DNA from: the human T2T-CHM13v2.0 reference genome, Homo sapiens
Reading direction: 5' to 3' (one strand)
DNA length: 64,000 bases
Assembly: GCF_009914755.1 (NCBI RefSeq)
Contig: NC_060936.1
Shown here piece by piece: positions 13,088 to 25,995 of this stretch. The notes beneath the pieces were generated by a model. That model ran no database searches and was not told where the DNA came from. It worked only from the letters and a program-made list of their open reading frames with translations. How positions within the stretch are numbered: the first letter of the stretch is position 1; each line of letters opens with the position of its first letter. The translations under genes were made by a program, and so were the position numbers.

Positions 13088-14295
13088 TGGTAGGCTGAAA
13101 AATGCCACCCCCTCCCAACAAGATGTTCACATCCTAATCCCCAGACCCTGTGACTACGTTCTCTCTTATGGCAAAATGATTTTGCAGATGTGTTTAAGTT
13201 AAGGATCTTGACATCGAGCAATTGTCCTCGATTATTCAGGTGGGCCCACAGGATCCTTACACGCAAAAGTCAGAGGGAGATGCTGAAGAGGAGACGGTGA
13301 TGTGATGACAGCAGCAGAGGGATGCACTTTGAAGGCAGAGGAAGGGGCCACAAGACAAGGAATACAGGGGGCCACTAGAAGCTGAAAAGCGCAAGGGAAT
13401 GGATTATCCCCTCAGAGCTTCCAGAAGGAACCAGCCCTGCCAAAACCTTGACTTTAGCCCAGTGAAACTGACTTGAGACCTCTGATCTCCAGAACTGTTA
13501 AGGAATAAATCTGTATTGTTTTAAGCCACTAAATTTGCAGTAATTTATTGTGGAAGACAGTGTGGCGATTCCTCAAAGACCTAGAACCAGAAATACCATT
13601 TGACCCAGCAATCCCATTACTAGGTATAAAACAAAAGGAATATGAATCATTCTATTATAAAGATACATGCATGTATATGTTTGCTGCAGCACGATTCACA
13701 ATAGCAAAGACATGGAATCAACCCAAATGTCCATCAATGATAGACTGGATAAAGAAAACGTGGTACATATACACCATGGAATACTATGCAGCCATAAAAA
13801 GAATGAGATCATGTCCTTTGCAGGGACATGGATGGAGCTGGAAGCCATCATCCTCAGCAAACTAACACAGGAACAGAAAACCAAACACTGCATGTTCTTA
13901 TTTATAAGTGGAAGCTGAACAGTGAGAATACATGGACACAGAAAGGGGAAACACACACACTGTGGCCTGTCAGGGAGTGCAGGGGGAGGGAGAGCATCAA
14001 GAAGCATAGCTAATGGATGCTGGGCTTAATACCTAAGTGATGGGTTGATAAGTACAGCAAACCACCATGGTACACATTTACCTATGTAACAAACCTGCAT
14101 GTCCTGCACATGTATCCCAGAACTTATAAATTAAATTAAATTAAATTAAATTAAAAATAAATAAATAAAATAAAACCAAAAAAGAAAATGTATTAGAATG
14201 AATGAGAAAATTGCTACTTTCACAATTAAAAAAATAAAATTTATTACAAAAAAAATTGTGGTAATTTGTTACAGCAGTGAAAGGAAACGAATATG
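13088..14295 (+). mobile_element. MLT1D MaLR solo LTR, split near its 3' end by an L1PA
   Basis: TGGTAGGCTGAAAAATG start, GATTTTGCAGATGTG, AATAAATCTGTATTGTTTTAAGCCACT; resumes at about 14256 as TTGTGGTAATTTGTTACAGCAG. Confidence 0.9.
13547..14175 (+). mobile_element. 5'-truncated L1PA (PA8A-PA13 range) with (TAAAT)n tail
   Basis: ORF2 C-terminus [26 protein letters not shown]; 3' UTR GGAGAGCATCAAG...GCTGGGCTTAATACCTA. Confidence 0.95.
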
Positions 14296-14532
14296 ACAGG
14301 CTTGAATGTTTTACTATCCCATAAACATAAACATACAAATACCCTCAAAATTAGAGAACATCTTTAACCTCTAGTGATCTATTTATTTGGGAAGCTTATA
14401 AATAACACTGGCACTCAGGATAAAAATGTAAGCAACTCATCTCACAGTTACATGGGTTATTGGTCAAAAAGTATTTACTGCATACCAAGTATGGGAAAGG
14501 CATTGTACTGGGAGAGACAGTGGAATAAGGTA

Positions 14533-14868
14533 CAGGTTGAGCATCTCTAATGAGAAATTCTCCAAAACCCAGAATTTTTTCAACACTCATATGATGCCAC
14601 AAGTGGAAAATTCCACACCTGACCTCATATCACAGGTCACAGTCAAAACACCATCAAAACTTTGTTTCATGCACAAGTTATTTAAAATATTATAAATAAT
14701 ACCATCAGGCTATATGCATAAGGTCTATATATAAAACATAAATGTTTAGACCTGGTTCCCATCCCCAAGATATCTCATTATGTCTGTGCAAATATTCCAA
14801 AATCTGGAAAAATCTTAAATCTAAAACACTTCTGGTCCCAAGCTTTCAGATGAGGGATACTCAACCTG
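14533..14868. mobile_element. Tigger4b/MER46-type DNA transposon
   Basis: TIRs CAGGTTGAGCATC / GATACTCAACCTG; TA on left, CA on right; AAACACTTCTGGTCCCAAGC. Confidence 0.88.
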
Positions 14869-15264
14869 CACACTGCCCTTGAGGAACTTTTCTTAAACAG
14901 TATGAAAGCAAAACAAGTACAAAATTAAATAACCTTGAGCACTGTATCTTAATCACTTGTAAATCTCCAAGCTATTTTCTGGAGATGCTACATATTTTCT
15001 ATTGGGCAATATAAATTAAGCTCCTGTGATATAAAACAATAGTGCAGGAGTTACAAACAGACTGTGATTAACTGTAAAATTGTTATTTTAATTAATAGCA
15101 CAGGGAGGGAGAAAAAGAAGGAGGGAAGGGGAAAGGAGTATGGTATATACTTATGAACATACATATATGTATACTATACTTATATTTAATATATTTATAT
15201 GTACATATTTCATATGATATATATATCATGTATTTGGTATTCAAGGAAAAATTTGCAAAAATAT

Positions 15265-15845
15265 ATGTCATATCATGCAACTTCTCTGTTCAAAACCTTC
15301 TCATGACATCCCATCAAATTCAAGAGTAAAAGCCAAAGTCCCTGCTGTGGCTTTAAGGCCCTTCCATGATCACCATCACCCATGTCTCATCTTACCACCT
15401 ACTACTTTCTCCCTTGCTTACTTCATGCTAACCATATATGTCCCATTGCAGTTGCTGCCTCAGGGCCATTGTATTTCCTGTTCTCAATATTCTCCCCCTC
15501 CAAAAATATATTCAAATGGCTTGCTCCCACCTGCCCTTTAGGTCTTTGTGCAAATGCTATATTTTGAGTGAAAATTTTTCTGGCCACCTCTTTTAAAATG
15601 ACAACCCTCCCCTCCCAAAACCTCTTTTTCTCTCTTTTTCTGCTGTATTTTTCCCCACAGAACTCTCCTCATAGAATTTGCCCTATAGTTTGTTTGGCTG
15701 GTTGGTTTGATTTTGTACCTGTCTCCTCCACACTAGAATGTAAGCTCCCTGAGAGTAGAGATATTAGTGTGTATTGTTCACTGATGTGTCCCTAATGCTT
15801 GGCACATAGAAGTTGCTCAATGAACACTTGTTGAATGAATGAATA
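15265..15845 (+). mobile_element. L2 3' region
   Basis: CTAGAATGTAAGCTCCCTGAGAG, GGCACATAG...GCTCAAT...TTGTTGAATGAATGAA. Confidence 0.85.
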
Positions 15846-15921
15846 TAGTTCTTTCATCTTTACTATATTTGTTAGTTATGGGCATATCTGTCTTCTCTCA
15901 GACTACATAAGGCATAGCTAC

Positions 15922-16369
15922 TGTATTAATTTACCAGCTTTGCCATAACAAATAATCACAAACTTGACAGCTTAAATCCATAGAAATTTATTCTCTCACA
16001 GTTCTGGAGGACAGAAGTCTGAAATCAAAGTGTCATCAGTCCACACTCCCTCTAAAGGCTCTAGTGGAAAATTCCTCTTTGCCTCTTCCAGCTGCTGATG
16101 CTCTTGGCATTCCTTGGCTTGTGGCAGCATCCCTCCAATCTCTGCTTTTGCCTTCACATGGTGTCCTCTTCTGTGGCCCCATGTCTTCTCCTTTTCTGTC
16201 TCTTATAAGGACACTTGTCATTGGATTTAGATCCTTCCCTAATCCAGGATTATCTCCTCTCGAGAGAATCTTACCTTAATTACATCTGAAAAGACCTTTA
16301 TTCCAAATAAAACCACATTCTGAGGTTGCAGGGAGACCTATCTTTTGGGTCTCCATTCAGCCCACTATA
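15922..16369 (-). mobile_element. MLT1C MaLR solo LTR
   Basis: TGTATT start, AGAAATTTATTCTCTCACAGTTCTGGAGG, TCTTATAAGGACACTTGTCATTGGATTTAG. Confidence 0.9.
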
Positions 16370-17874
16370 GGTAGAAACTATGTCTTTATTTTTTTTATCC
16401 CCAGACCTTAATGTATCATAGAGCAGAGAATTTTCTTAATAAATAATGATTAACTGAATGAGCCTATGATTTAATGAATGAATTAAGGCTCTCTAAATTC
16501 ACAAGGGACAGATGTAGTCACTAGAATGGTAGGATGTGTTATAGGCCTCGTTGTCAATGACAGAGAAGGTCAGTTGGATAAAAGTTTGGATTATGAGGTC
16601 AGCGAAGGATATAGTTACAAAAGGCTGAACATATCTAGACCATCAAGGCTTCTGGGAAGAGAGGAAGTAGAGCAGGACTCACATGAAAGGAAAAGTTTAA
16701 CACACTGTACAGCAGGAACAAGGGTAAAGGTGGGAAATAATATCTCAAGGTAAGAATTTAGGAAAGGATAAGATTGCATATAAAACTACAAAGCAAACTC
16801 ATAAATATAATTGGCTTCATGGATAACAGACAAGGAGAGGATGGATTTCATGTGCACGACTGTAATGAGCTGAATTTATGGTGCTGTGTAAGCATATAAA
16901 CTTAATGGGGACAGTTTAATAAAAATTCATGATTTAGCATTCAAAATAATTTCTGTTGTGATATGGTCAGATGTGATTACATTGACTGTATAGTTTTACA
17001 ATTAAGATAATGATCCAGATTTTTTTCTAGGCTCTCCCTCACTTGGCAGGGGGGAAACATAAAGAATAAATAAATCGCTAAACATCACTTTTCATACGTT
17101 TTAACCATATTGGTGGCTTGTGTTTGCTGATGATTTTATTAAAATCCTAACTTATATTTCTGAAGAGAGAAATTTTTCCTCTCATTCTTAGCAGCAGATA
17201 ACCTAAGGTGAGTTCTAACAATAGTAAACAAGAGCCCCACCCTCCAAGGATCCAGTTTAATAAAATGTTGGCAGATCCGTTGATGGAACAGAAGAGAATT
17301 TATTGCCCTTAATTGTCTCAAGATTTTTCTTCTAGCTGACCACACAGGTTTAGTAAAATAGCATATGTTTCCTCCTCCATGATTCAAATCATTTTTTGTT
17401 TTATGCTGAATAATATTTACATATCATATTAATGTAATGCTCTTAATTCACTTCCTAGCTTTAGAGTAACTTATTAAAGCATTAAAAATATATGATTACA
17501 AAACAATGTAAATGCTACAACTCTTGATAATATAAAATAGCTAATGTATCAATATATCTGAAAGAAGGTCATAGATTATGAAGAGCTGTAAAGGGAAAGA
17601 AAGAAGGAAGTCGGGGTGTGATAACTTTCACATCATCTTTCTTTTAGTGAAGTTTGATGATTTTCAAAATTTAGCAACTACAAAATAAACAAAAATCAAA
17701 AATGGTTGTAGGAAGTCTCCATTATGAGAAGTCAACATTATGAATAATGTCATGGATGGGGGAGAATGGTAAGGAGAATCTGGTTTATCATTTTATATGC
17801 TTCTGTAAGTTTCTAATCCATTTCTTTCACAATGCACCTGCTATTGCTTTTAATCATAAGAGAAGATATATATA

Positions 17875-18046
17875 CAGCATCGGCTAAAACTGTAGGCTCC
17901 AGAACCAAAACACAGGTTCAAATCTCAACTCTGCCACTTCCTAGCTGTGGGACTGTGGCAAATGTAGTTAACTACTCTATGCCCCATCTATAAATTGGGA
18001 ACAATAACGGGGAATCTACTTCACAGAACTTTTGTAAAGTTTAAAT
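17875..18046 (+). mobile_element. MIR
   Basis: GGTTCAAATCTCAACTCTGCCACTTCCTAGCTGTG. Confidence 0.85.
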
Positions 18047-18049
18047 TCT

Positions 18050-18575
18050 TTTTAGGAAGTGAACATCTACAAACATAAAAAGTATAAACACAATGGCAAC
18101 TATGTACTCTATGTTTAATTTTAATATATTTTATTTTACCATATTTGTTTCAAATCATTGGGTATTTTTTAAAGAAATAAAATAGTACAGATACAGTGAA
18201 CTGTACTAACCGACCTCAGGACACACCTTCACTTTCAGAGGTAACTATCATCAGGAGTATTATATTATCTTTTATATTGCTATTTTTATGATTTTACTAT
18301 GTATGGACACATGTATAATACATATTAATAGCATTTTACGTATGTTTCTAAATTACATAAATGCTGTCCAACTCTACAGATTCATTTTCAACTTGATTTT
18401 TTCTTGTTTTTGAAGTTTACCCATGTTCCGTAGTTTGTAGAACTACATCTACAAAAATAGATGTAGTTCAATCATTCTTCCCTGCTGTATGATATTCTGT
18501 CATATGAATATAATACAATGTAGATATTCATTGCCTATTAATGGACATTTATGTTTTTCTAGTATAACCTGTTTT
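18050..18575 (-). mobile_element. Old L1M (L1ME/MC-type) 3' fragment
   Basis: CAGAGGTAACTATC, TGCTGTATGATATTCTGTCATATGAATATA, ATGGACATTT. Confidence 0.6.
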
Positions 18576-18961
18576 TGCTCTGACTACAAAGCTCCTGAAT
18601 ATGATGTTTTGCCTACATCTATGTTTTTCCAGTATAATTTCTGCTGGTAGTTGTCATTATGAGCGCTTGCATCAAGTTTGCCATAACTGATCTCTCAGTT
18701 GGTCTACTGTACTTCCAAGTCACTCTTCCCAATGCTCTCAGAATGGTTTTTCTGTACAGAAATCATGTCCAACTATTCCTTAAACACCTTGTCATCTCTA
18801 AAACTCCAAGCCTTGGTTTGCCATATAAAATTCCTTGAGGATCTGACTATGCCCAATCTCATTTCCTGCCACTCTTCCACTCTCCTCCTACACTCCCGCA
18901 GGTCAGCCACTGCACACTCCTGCAGATCCCTGAAGACACCATGCTGAATGCTTTGATTTCC

Positions 18962-19258
18962 TTTTTTTTTTTAATGGAGTCTCATGCGGTCACCCAGGCT
19001 GGAGTGCAGCAGTGTGATCTCGGCTCACTGCCATCTTCATCTCCTGGGTTCAAGTGCTTCTCCCACCTCAGACTCCTGGGTAGCTGGGATTACAGGCACT
19101 CGCCAGCACACCTGGCAGATTTTAAAAAATATTTTTAGTAGAGATGGGGTTTCTCCATGTTGTCCTCAGGCTGGTCCCAAACTCCTGACCTCAAGTGATC
19201 TGCCCACCTCAGCCTCCCAAAGTGCTGGGATTATGGGCGTAAACTACCGAGCCCAGTT
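18962..19258 (-). mobile_element. Alu (old S or Jb) inside an L2 fragment
   Basis: T-run, CCCAGGCTGGAGTGCAG ... CCCAAAGTGCTGGGATT. Confidence 0.95.
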
Positions 19259-19541
19259 GCTTTTGTTCATTTCTATGCCTTTGAGTTCTGTGACTATGCT
19301 ATTTTCTAGAAAATCATCTTCCTCCTCATCATCATCCTTCTCCTTCCCCCCTACTCCTCATGCTCATCTTCCCACTCCTTGCTTTCTCCTTTATCTTTCC
19401 CCTTCTCCCAGTCCTTTCCCACCTCCTTCTTCTTTGCCTAGACTGGAAGCCTCTTCTGTCCTCTTCAAGCAAAAATAAATGCTTTCTCTTCTCTGATCCC
19501 ATAAGACATTGTGCATAAGTTAAAATGCTTACACAATGCCA

Positions 19542-19568
19542 TGTTGTTGTTGTTGTTGTTGTTGTTGT
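19542..19568. repeat. (TGT)9 microsatellite
   Basis: Counted directly. Confidence 0.97.
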
Positions 19569-20486
19569 TTCAGATATGTTCTTCCACTAACCTATATACT
19601 CTGGAAAGAAGGGAGTGTACTCTAAACATCCTTATATCCCAAGAACCTAGTGCCTTGAAACAGGGTAGCAGCTTAACAAGTGCTGATTGGAGGAATGAAC
19701 TTATTATATTAAAAACTTATTTATATAACTAACTATAATTACAAAAGAAATAAATTATAAATTATACAACGTACAGTTCACTGTATCTGTACTATTTTAT
19801 TTCTATAATTTTATAGAACTTATTCTCTAAAAATTGAAAGCCATTGAATATGATAAAGGTTGATGAAGAAAATCTAGTGTCTGTGCCTGAAATTGCCTAA
19901 AATGGAGATCAGACGTAGGGAACCCAGTTAGGAAAGGTATTGCAATGTTCTAACAAGGTTTCCCTATGTGTTGTTGCTATATATTGAAAGAGATGGTTTA
20001 AACGGTGGTATGTCTTAACTTGCATAATACTAAGCTAAGCTATAATGGTTCTAACATCCTTAGGCAGGAAGCTGATTACAATTATGTTCATTACAACTTC
20101 CTTTCGCATGTTACTCTGGTGTGCCCCTAAGCTCTATCTTCATTTCTACCATGGGATATGTGTCATTTATAGTTTCCCAACCTTCAAAACTATTCCGTGG
20201 CAACAGACTGCAAGCTTCTAGGAAAGGCCTTAAGGCATTCATTCAGGGGCTGCTCTGTGCTAATAAGTGTTTCCTAAAATGACATGGAAACTATGTATTA
20301 GATAAATTGTGCAGTTATTCATAGAGGGGGCATTAATGAAGCTTTTCTAGAAATAATTGTGTCCATGCATACAACGTCAACTAGGCAACAGCTCAGAAAG
20401 CTTGTTGCTCATCTGTTCATTTTATAGATGAGGAAACAAACAATATGAGATGACAGATTTCAGAGCTGACAGTCTAAAAATGTTTT

Positions 20487-20735
20487 AATAATAATGGCTG
20501 GCACCGATGGAGGGTGCATCAGACTCTTGGCTAAGTACTTTATACATGTTATTATTTCATTGAATCTTGACCACAAATCTATGAAATAAGCATTAATCTC
20601 TATTCTTGCAAACTAAGAAGCTGAGGCTTAGATGAGTTAAATAATTTGCTTCAGATCACACAACTTATAGGTCACAGAGCCAGATTTTCACCAGATTTTT
20701 CTGACTCCAACACCTTTGCTTTTAGCTGCTTTTAT
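20487..20735 (-). mobile_element. MIR
   Basis: AAGCTGAGGCTTAGATGAGTTAAATAATTTGCTTCAGATCACACAACT. Confidence 0.85.
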
Positions 20736-20899
20736 GACATTATGTTAGCAGCTGTTTCCACTGCAAGAGGCTGCCTCATGTATGGGGCCAAATTCAAGCT
20801 AATGTTTTTTATCTTACCCATTGCTCGATTAAGAAAATTACTGTTGCATGCTTTGGATGCCAAGGCTTCACGTCCTCCTTCTAACAGCAGGTTGGCTTC

Positions 20900-21261
20900 T
20901 CCCTTACTGAAACAGAGTGCCTGGATGCTCTTGCATCTCAGTCTTTCCTCCCAGGATAGTCAGGGGGTAGCCATGAGCAAAGCTCAACTCAGTCAACCTC
21001 TGTCTCCCAGGGCTCTGAGTTACCAAAGGGCCTCAAACACCAGAGGAACCACTGGAGTTCAATTATCCCAGACTCCAGGTGGGGAAATTGCTGAACAGCT
21101 TCTACGAAGGAGACCCAGTGCAGCTCCTCTTACCTTGCAACTCCCAGGCCTGGTTCTTCATTCTTCCTGTCAATCTTGTGATATCTCTTTCTAAGGAATT
21201 TCATTTTTGCTTAAAATAGCCAGCATCATTTTCTGTAACTTGCAGCCAAATAATTAATACA
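20900..21261 (+). mobile_element. LTR33-like ERVL LTR
   Basis: GCCTGGTTCTTCA...TTTTTGCTTAAAATAGCCAG...TTCTGTAACTTGCAGCCAA...AATACA. Confidence 0.55.
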
Positions 21262-23244
21262 ACCATGATCTCCCATTCCTATGAACATTCCTCTTAAATA
21301 TCCCCTTGTGGAGGACAACATAAAACATGAGTGCCATAAGGTACAAAAATGAACTTCATTCAACACTCAAAACTGTGAGATGAAGTTCAAGTTGTGCCTG
21401 TCCTGTTATGTCTTCAACATCATACTCTTTCCAGTGGTGACCACAGAATGCCCCCTCCCTCAGTGTTAGCATCCACCTTTCCTGACTTCCTAGCTTCTTG
21501 TCTAAGGAGTGCAATGAGACCCTCAGCGTCTGCAGTCAGCTGCTTTGGACAGAGAAAAATTATGAGAAAACAGTGGTCGTGGTCTCAACTCTACAGATCC
21601 TAACAAGGATTATAGGATGGATGGAATACAACCTGTATGCCAGGAAGAATAAGTCAATCTAGTGAGGCAAAATAAGCTAAGTGAAAAAAGACATCTGGGA
21701 ATGTAGACTGGGAAAGTAAGCCAAGGAACAGACAACTGGGCTGTGTGCAAGAGTGTAGGGGCCGTGAAGAGAAAGTGATTGGGTTTTAGGGATGGCAAAA
21801 AGTAGGTAGGTATAAGAGTTAGAGGTAGGAAACTAGTGGTATTTCCTTGCATTGGGAACAGCTAGAATGAATAAAACTTTGCTCTCATCATTAGGAAATC
21901 ATTATAGAATGACCAGTAAATGGGTTAAACGGGGGGAAAAAAAGACTGTAAGGACTAATAACAACACTTTAATAGTTGTCCTTCCAGGTAGTGAGGTCAG
22001 AGGTCATTTTTATATTATGATCTTCATTTTTCTGAATGTTCTCCAACAAGAACATTTTATTTGGCAACTATATAGCATCAAATAAGCCAATTCTGAAACT
22101 CTGTAATCACTCAACACATAGGATGGTCCAGGACTTGGCGATGATCGATACCAATGGTAACACTGCATAACATCCACTTGACTAGGAAGTGTTTTTCTGC
22201 TACTTTTACAGTACAAAAATAAATTATACCACAACCTGTATTGCCCCCCATCCCATTCTGCAACCCTTCTCTCAGGGCTCTGCTGATGAAGTTGGCCAGC
22301 TCAATCGTCTTCAACTTTCACTCTCTTAATACCAATTGAATGTAATCCCTTTGAAATAATTGTCATCCAATACAGGAACTGGGCCTTACTGTGAACAAAT
22401 TTTCCTGTTTGTACAGCCTTAATTCATTCAACCAACACTTAGTTGGAATTCATGGTGGTTGAAGAAAATTAACTTCTCTCTGCTGCATGGCATAAATTCA
22501 TTGTTCACTACACTATGTAAATGGCCATCCAGTGGTGGAAAAAAAAAAAAACTTTCGATTCTTTCCACCAGAAAGAGAAGGAAGATTCATTGTGTGTGAG
22601 ATAACAAAAGGGTACATTTTGTGTTACCTTGTCCCCTAGGCTGCCTGTGCTCAGTTGAATATGATAGAAGCTATCTCATCTGATAAAATGAGACTGATAC
22701 TAGGTGGTCCTTCTAATTATAGCTCTGCATCACTCCTAAACAAACCACACCCAGAATGCATGTTAATAACTGACAGTTTAGCTTCACTGAAAGTATAGCA
22801 AGAATATCAAGATACTTGCCAAGCTCCTGAGTACAATGCAACCTTTCACAGGGTTTTGCCTACATCTTATCCAATATATGTTTTTTTGTATTGACTCATC
22901 TTTAAGTTTTTCTTCTGCATTAAGTTATTTAACAAAAACACTGTTTGCCTCACTTTCATAATATTTTTATGATATTTTGGTATCATGATATTTTTGTACT
23001 ATTTAAATACCATATTTCTAATAATAAGCACAATGGACACAAACAAATTTTAAAACAAACAAAATTGACTCTTGTTGTAAGAAACCATCTGTGAGAGTGG
23101 AGCCTACTAGCCTCCCCCATGCAGCATACCGGAGGCATCCGTTAGTAAAGAAATTAGACAGGTGAGCTGAGCTGGATAAGTGGCATTAGTTAAGAAAATT
23201 TCTAGGTGAGGATTGTGTAGGGGTTGTTTTTATTTTTTTCCCCT

Positions 23245-23540
23245 TCTATTTTTAGTTAACACATAATGATTCTACATATTTATGGGATATAGAGTAATAT
23301 TTTGATATGTGTATACAACATATAATGAACTTACCCATCACCTCAAATATTTATCATTTCTTTGTGTTGGGAAGATTCAACTTTTCTAGCCTTTTGAAAA
23401 TATACAATAAATTATAGCTAACCATATTCTCCCTACAGTGCTAAAGAATGCCAGAGCTTGTTTCCCCTCTAGTGTAATTTTGTACCTGTTAATCAACCTC
23501 TCTCTGTTCTATTCAGAAGCCCCCATACTGTTTACCATAA
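23245..23540 (-). mobile_element. L1MA 3' end fragment
   Basis: TACATATTTATGGG, CCATCACCTCAAATATTTATCATTTCTTTGTGTTGGGAA. Confidence 0.85.
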
Positions 23541-23569
23541 TAAAAAGCCTTTGAAGATTACAGTGAAAT

Positions 23570-23925
23570 TTTATTTTTTTCTTGTTGTATTTCAACAGTC
23601 TTGGGGGAACAGGTGGTTTTGGTTACATGGATAAGTTTTTTAGTGGTGATTTCTGAGATTTTGGTGCACCCGTCACCCAAGCAATGTACACTGTACTCAA
23701 TATGTAGTCCTCACTTCCTCCCAACCTTCCCCCCAACCGCAGGGTCCCCAAACTCCATTATATCATTCTTATGCCTTTGTGTCCTCATAGCTTAGCTCCA
23801 CTTATAAGTGGGAACATACAATAATTAGCTTACTATTCCTAAGTTACTTCACTTAGAATAATGGTCTCCAACCCCATCCAAGTTGCTGAAATGTCATTAT
23901 TTCGTTCCTTTTTATGGCTGAGTAT
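23570..23925 (-). mobile_element. L1PB 3' end fragment
   Basis: GGGGAACAGGTGGTTTTGGTTACATGGATAAGTT...GATTTTGGTGCACCC. Confidence 0.9.
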
Positions 23926-24055
23926 TAGAATCCTGTAGGTATTTTTAAGCAATAGTACCTGAGTTAAAAAGTAGTGGTTTGGGGTTTTTGTTTTGTTTTG
24001 TTTTGTTTGTTAAAGCAAGATAAAATTTTTTCTATCCATTTTAAAATATTTTGAA

Positions 24056-25341
24056 CAACCAGTGGGGAAAGGATTCCCTATTTAATAAATTGTATTGAGA
24101 AAACTGGCTAGCCATATACAGAAAACTGAAACTGGACCCCTTCCTCACACCTTATACAAAAATTAATTCAAAATGGGTTAAAGATTTAAATGGAAGACTT
24201 AAAACCATAAAAACCCTGGAAGAAAACCTAGGCAATACCATTCAGGATATAGGCATGGGCAAACACTTCATGACTAAAACACCAAAAGCAATTTCAACAA
24301 AAGCCAAAATTGACAAATGGGATCTAATTAAACTAAAGAGCTTCTACATAGCAAAAGAAACTATCATCAGAGTGAAAAGGCAACCTACAGAATGGGAGAA
24401 AATTTTTGCAAGCTATACATCTGACAAAGGGCTAATATCCAGAACCTACAAGGAACTTAAACACATTTGCAAGAAAAAAAAACAAACAACCCCATCAAAA
24501 GGTGGGCAAAGGATATGAACAGACGCTTTTCAAAAGAAGACATTTATGCAGCCAACAAACATATGAAAAAAAGCTCATCATCACTGGTCATCAGAGAAAT
24601 GCAAATCAAAACCACAATGAGATACCATCTCACACCAGTTAGAATGGCGATCATTAAAAAGTCAGGAAACAACAGACGGTGAAGAGGATGTAGAGAAATA
24701 GAAACACTTTTACACTATTGGTGGGAGTGTAAATCAGTTCAACCATTGTGGAAGACAGTGTGGTGATTCTTCAAGGATCTAAAACTAGAAATACCATTTG
24801 TCCCAGCAATCCCATTACTGGGTATATACCCAAAGGATTATAAATCATTCTACTATAAAGACACATGCACACGTATGCTTATTGCAGCACTATTCACATT
24901 AGCAAAGACTTGGAACCAACCCAAATGCCCATCAATGTTAGACTGGATAAAGAAAATGTGGCACATATGCACCATGGAATACCACACAGCCATAAAAAAG
25001 AATGAGTTCATGTCCTTTGCAGGGACATAGATGAAGCTGGAAATCATCATTCTCAGCAAGCTAACACAGGAACAGAAAAATAAACACTGCATGTTCTCAC
25101 TCATAAGTGGGCATTGAACAATGAGAACATATGGGCACAGGGAGGGGAACATCACAAACTGGGACCTGTCAGGGGGTGGGGGACAAGGGGAGGGATAGCA
25201 TTAGGAGAAATACCTAATGTAGATGACAGGTTGATGGTTTCGGCAAACCACCATGGCACATGTATACATACCTATGTAACAAACCTGCACATTCTGCACA
25301 TGTATCCCAGAACTTAAAGTATAATAAAAATAAATAAATAA
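24056..25341 (+). mobile_element. 5'-truncated L1PA7/8-type element
   Basis: ORF2 C-terminal peptides [27 protein letters not shown]; TSD TAAA(A/G)TATTTTGAA at 24042-24055 and 25339-25352. Confidence 0.95.
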
Positions 25342-25485
25342 AGTATTTTGAATCTGTTGGGTGAAATGAAATGTATTGCTAATATATAGGTAGGTTAATT
25401 TTTATACAGTTGTTTAATTCTTCTGTGATTAATATGTCACTCATAATTGAGTCTTTATTGTTGGGATTTTTTTTTACTCACCTTA

Positions 25486-25995
25486 TATATTGGGGCTCTC
25501 TAGAGAGATAGAATTAATAGGATAGATGTATATATAAAGGGGAGTTTATTAAGGAGTATTGACTCACACAATCACATGGTGAGGTCCCATAATAAGCTGT
25601 CTGCAAGCTGAGGAGCAAGGAAGCCAGTTCAAGTCCCAAAACCTCGAAAGTAGGGAAGCCAACAGTGTAGCCTTCAGTCTGTCATCAAAGGCCCAAGATT
25701 CCCAAAGCTGAAGAACTTGGAGTCTGATGTTTGAGGGCAGGAAGCAGCCAGCATAGGAGAAAAATAAAGGCCAGAAGACTCAGCCACTCTAGTCTGTCCA
25801 CGTTCCTCTGCCTAATATTATTCTGACCATACTAGCAGCTGATTAGATTGTGCCCACCGAGATTTAGGGTAGATCTGCCTCTCCCAGTGCACTGACCCAA
25901 ATGTTAATTTCCTTTGGCAACACCTTCATAGACACACCCAGGAACAATACTTTGCATCCTTCAATCCAATCAAGTTGACACTCAGTATTAACCAT
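25486..25995 (-). mobile_element. MLT2A (HERV-L) solo LTR; last bases displaced to 26634-26637
   Basis: GGAGTTTATTAAGGAGTATTGACTCACAC ... CAATCCAATCAAGTTGACACTCAGTATTAACCAT. Confidence 0.92.

Noticed and set aside
20646-21194. 182-aa ORF
   Set aside because: Non-ATG start, runs through MIR and LTR33-like sequence, no recognisable domain
22111-22330. Coding-looking unique stretch (KTIELANFISRALRE on minus; possible plus-strand exons at 22122-22156 and from 22276)
   Set aside because: No protein recognised, stops close by, weak or unpaired splice sites
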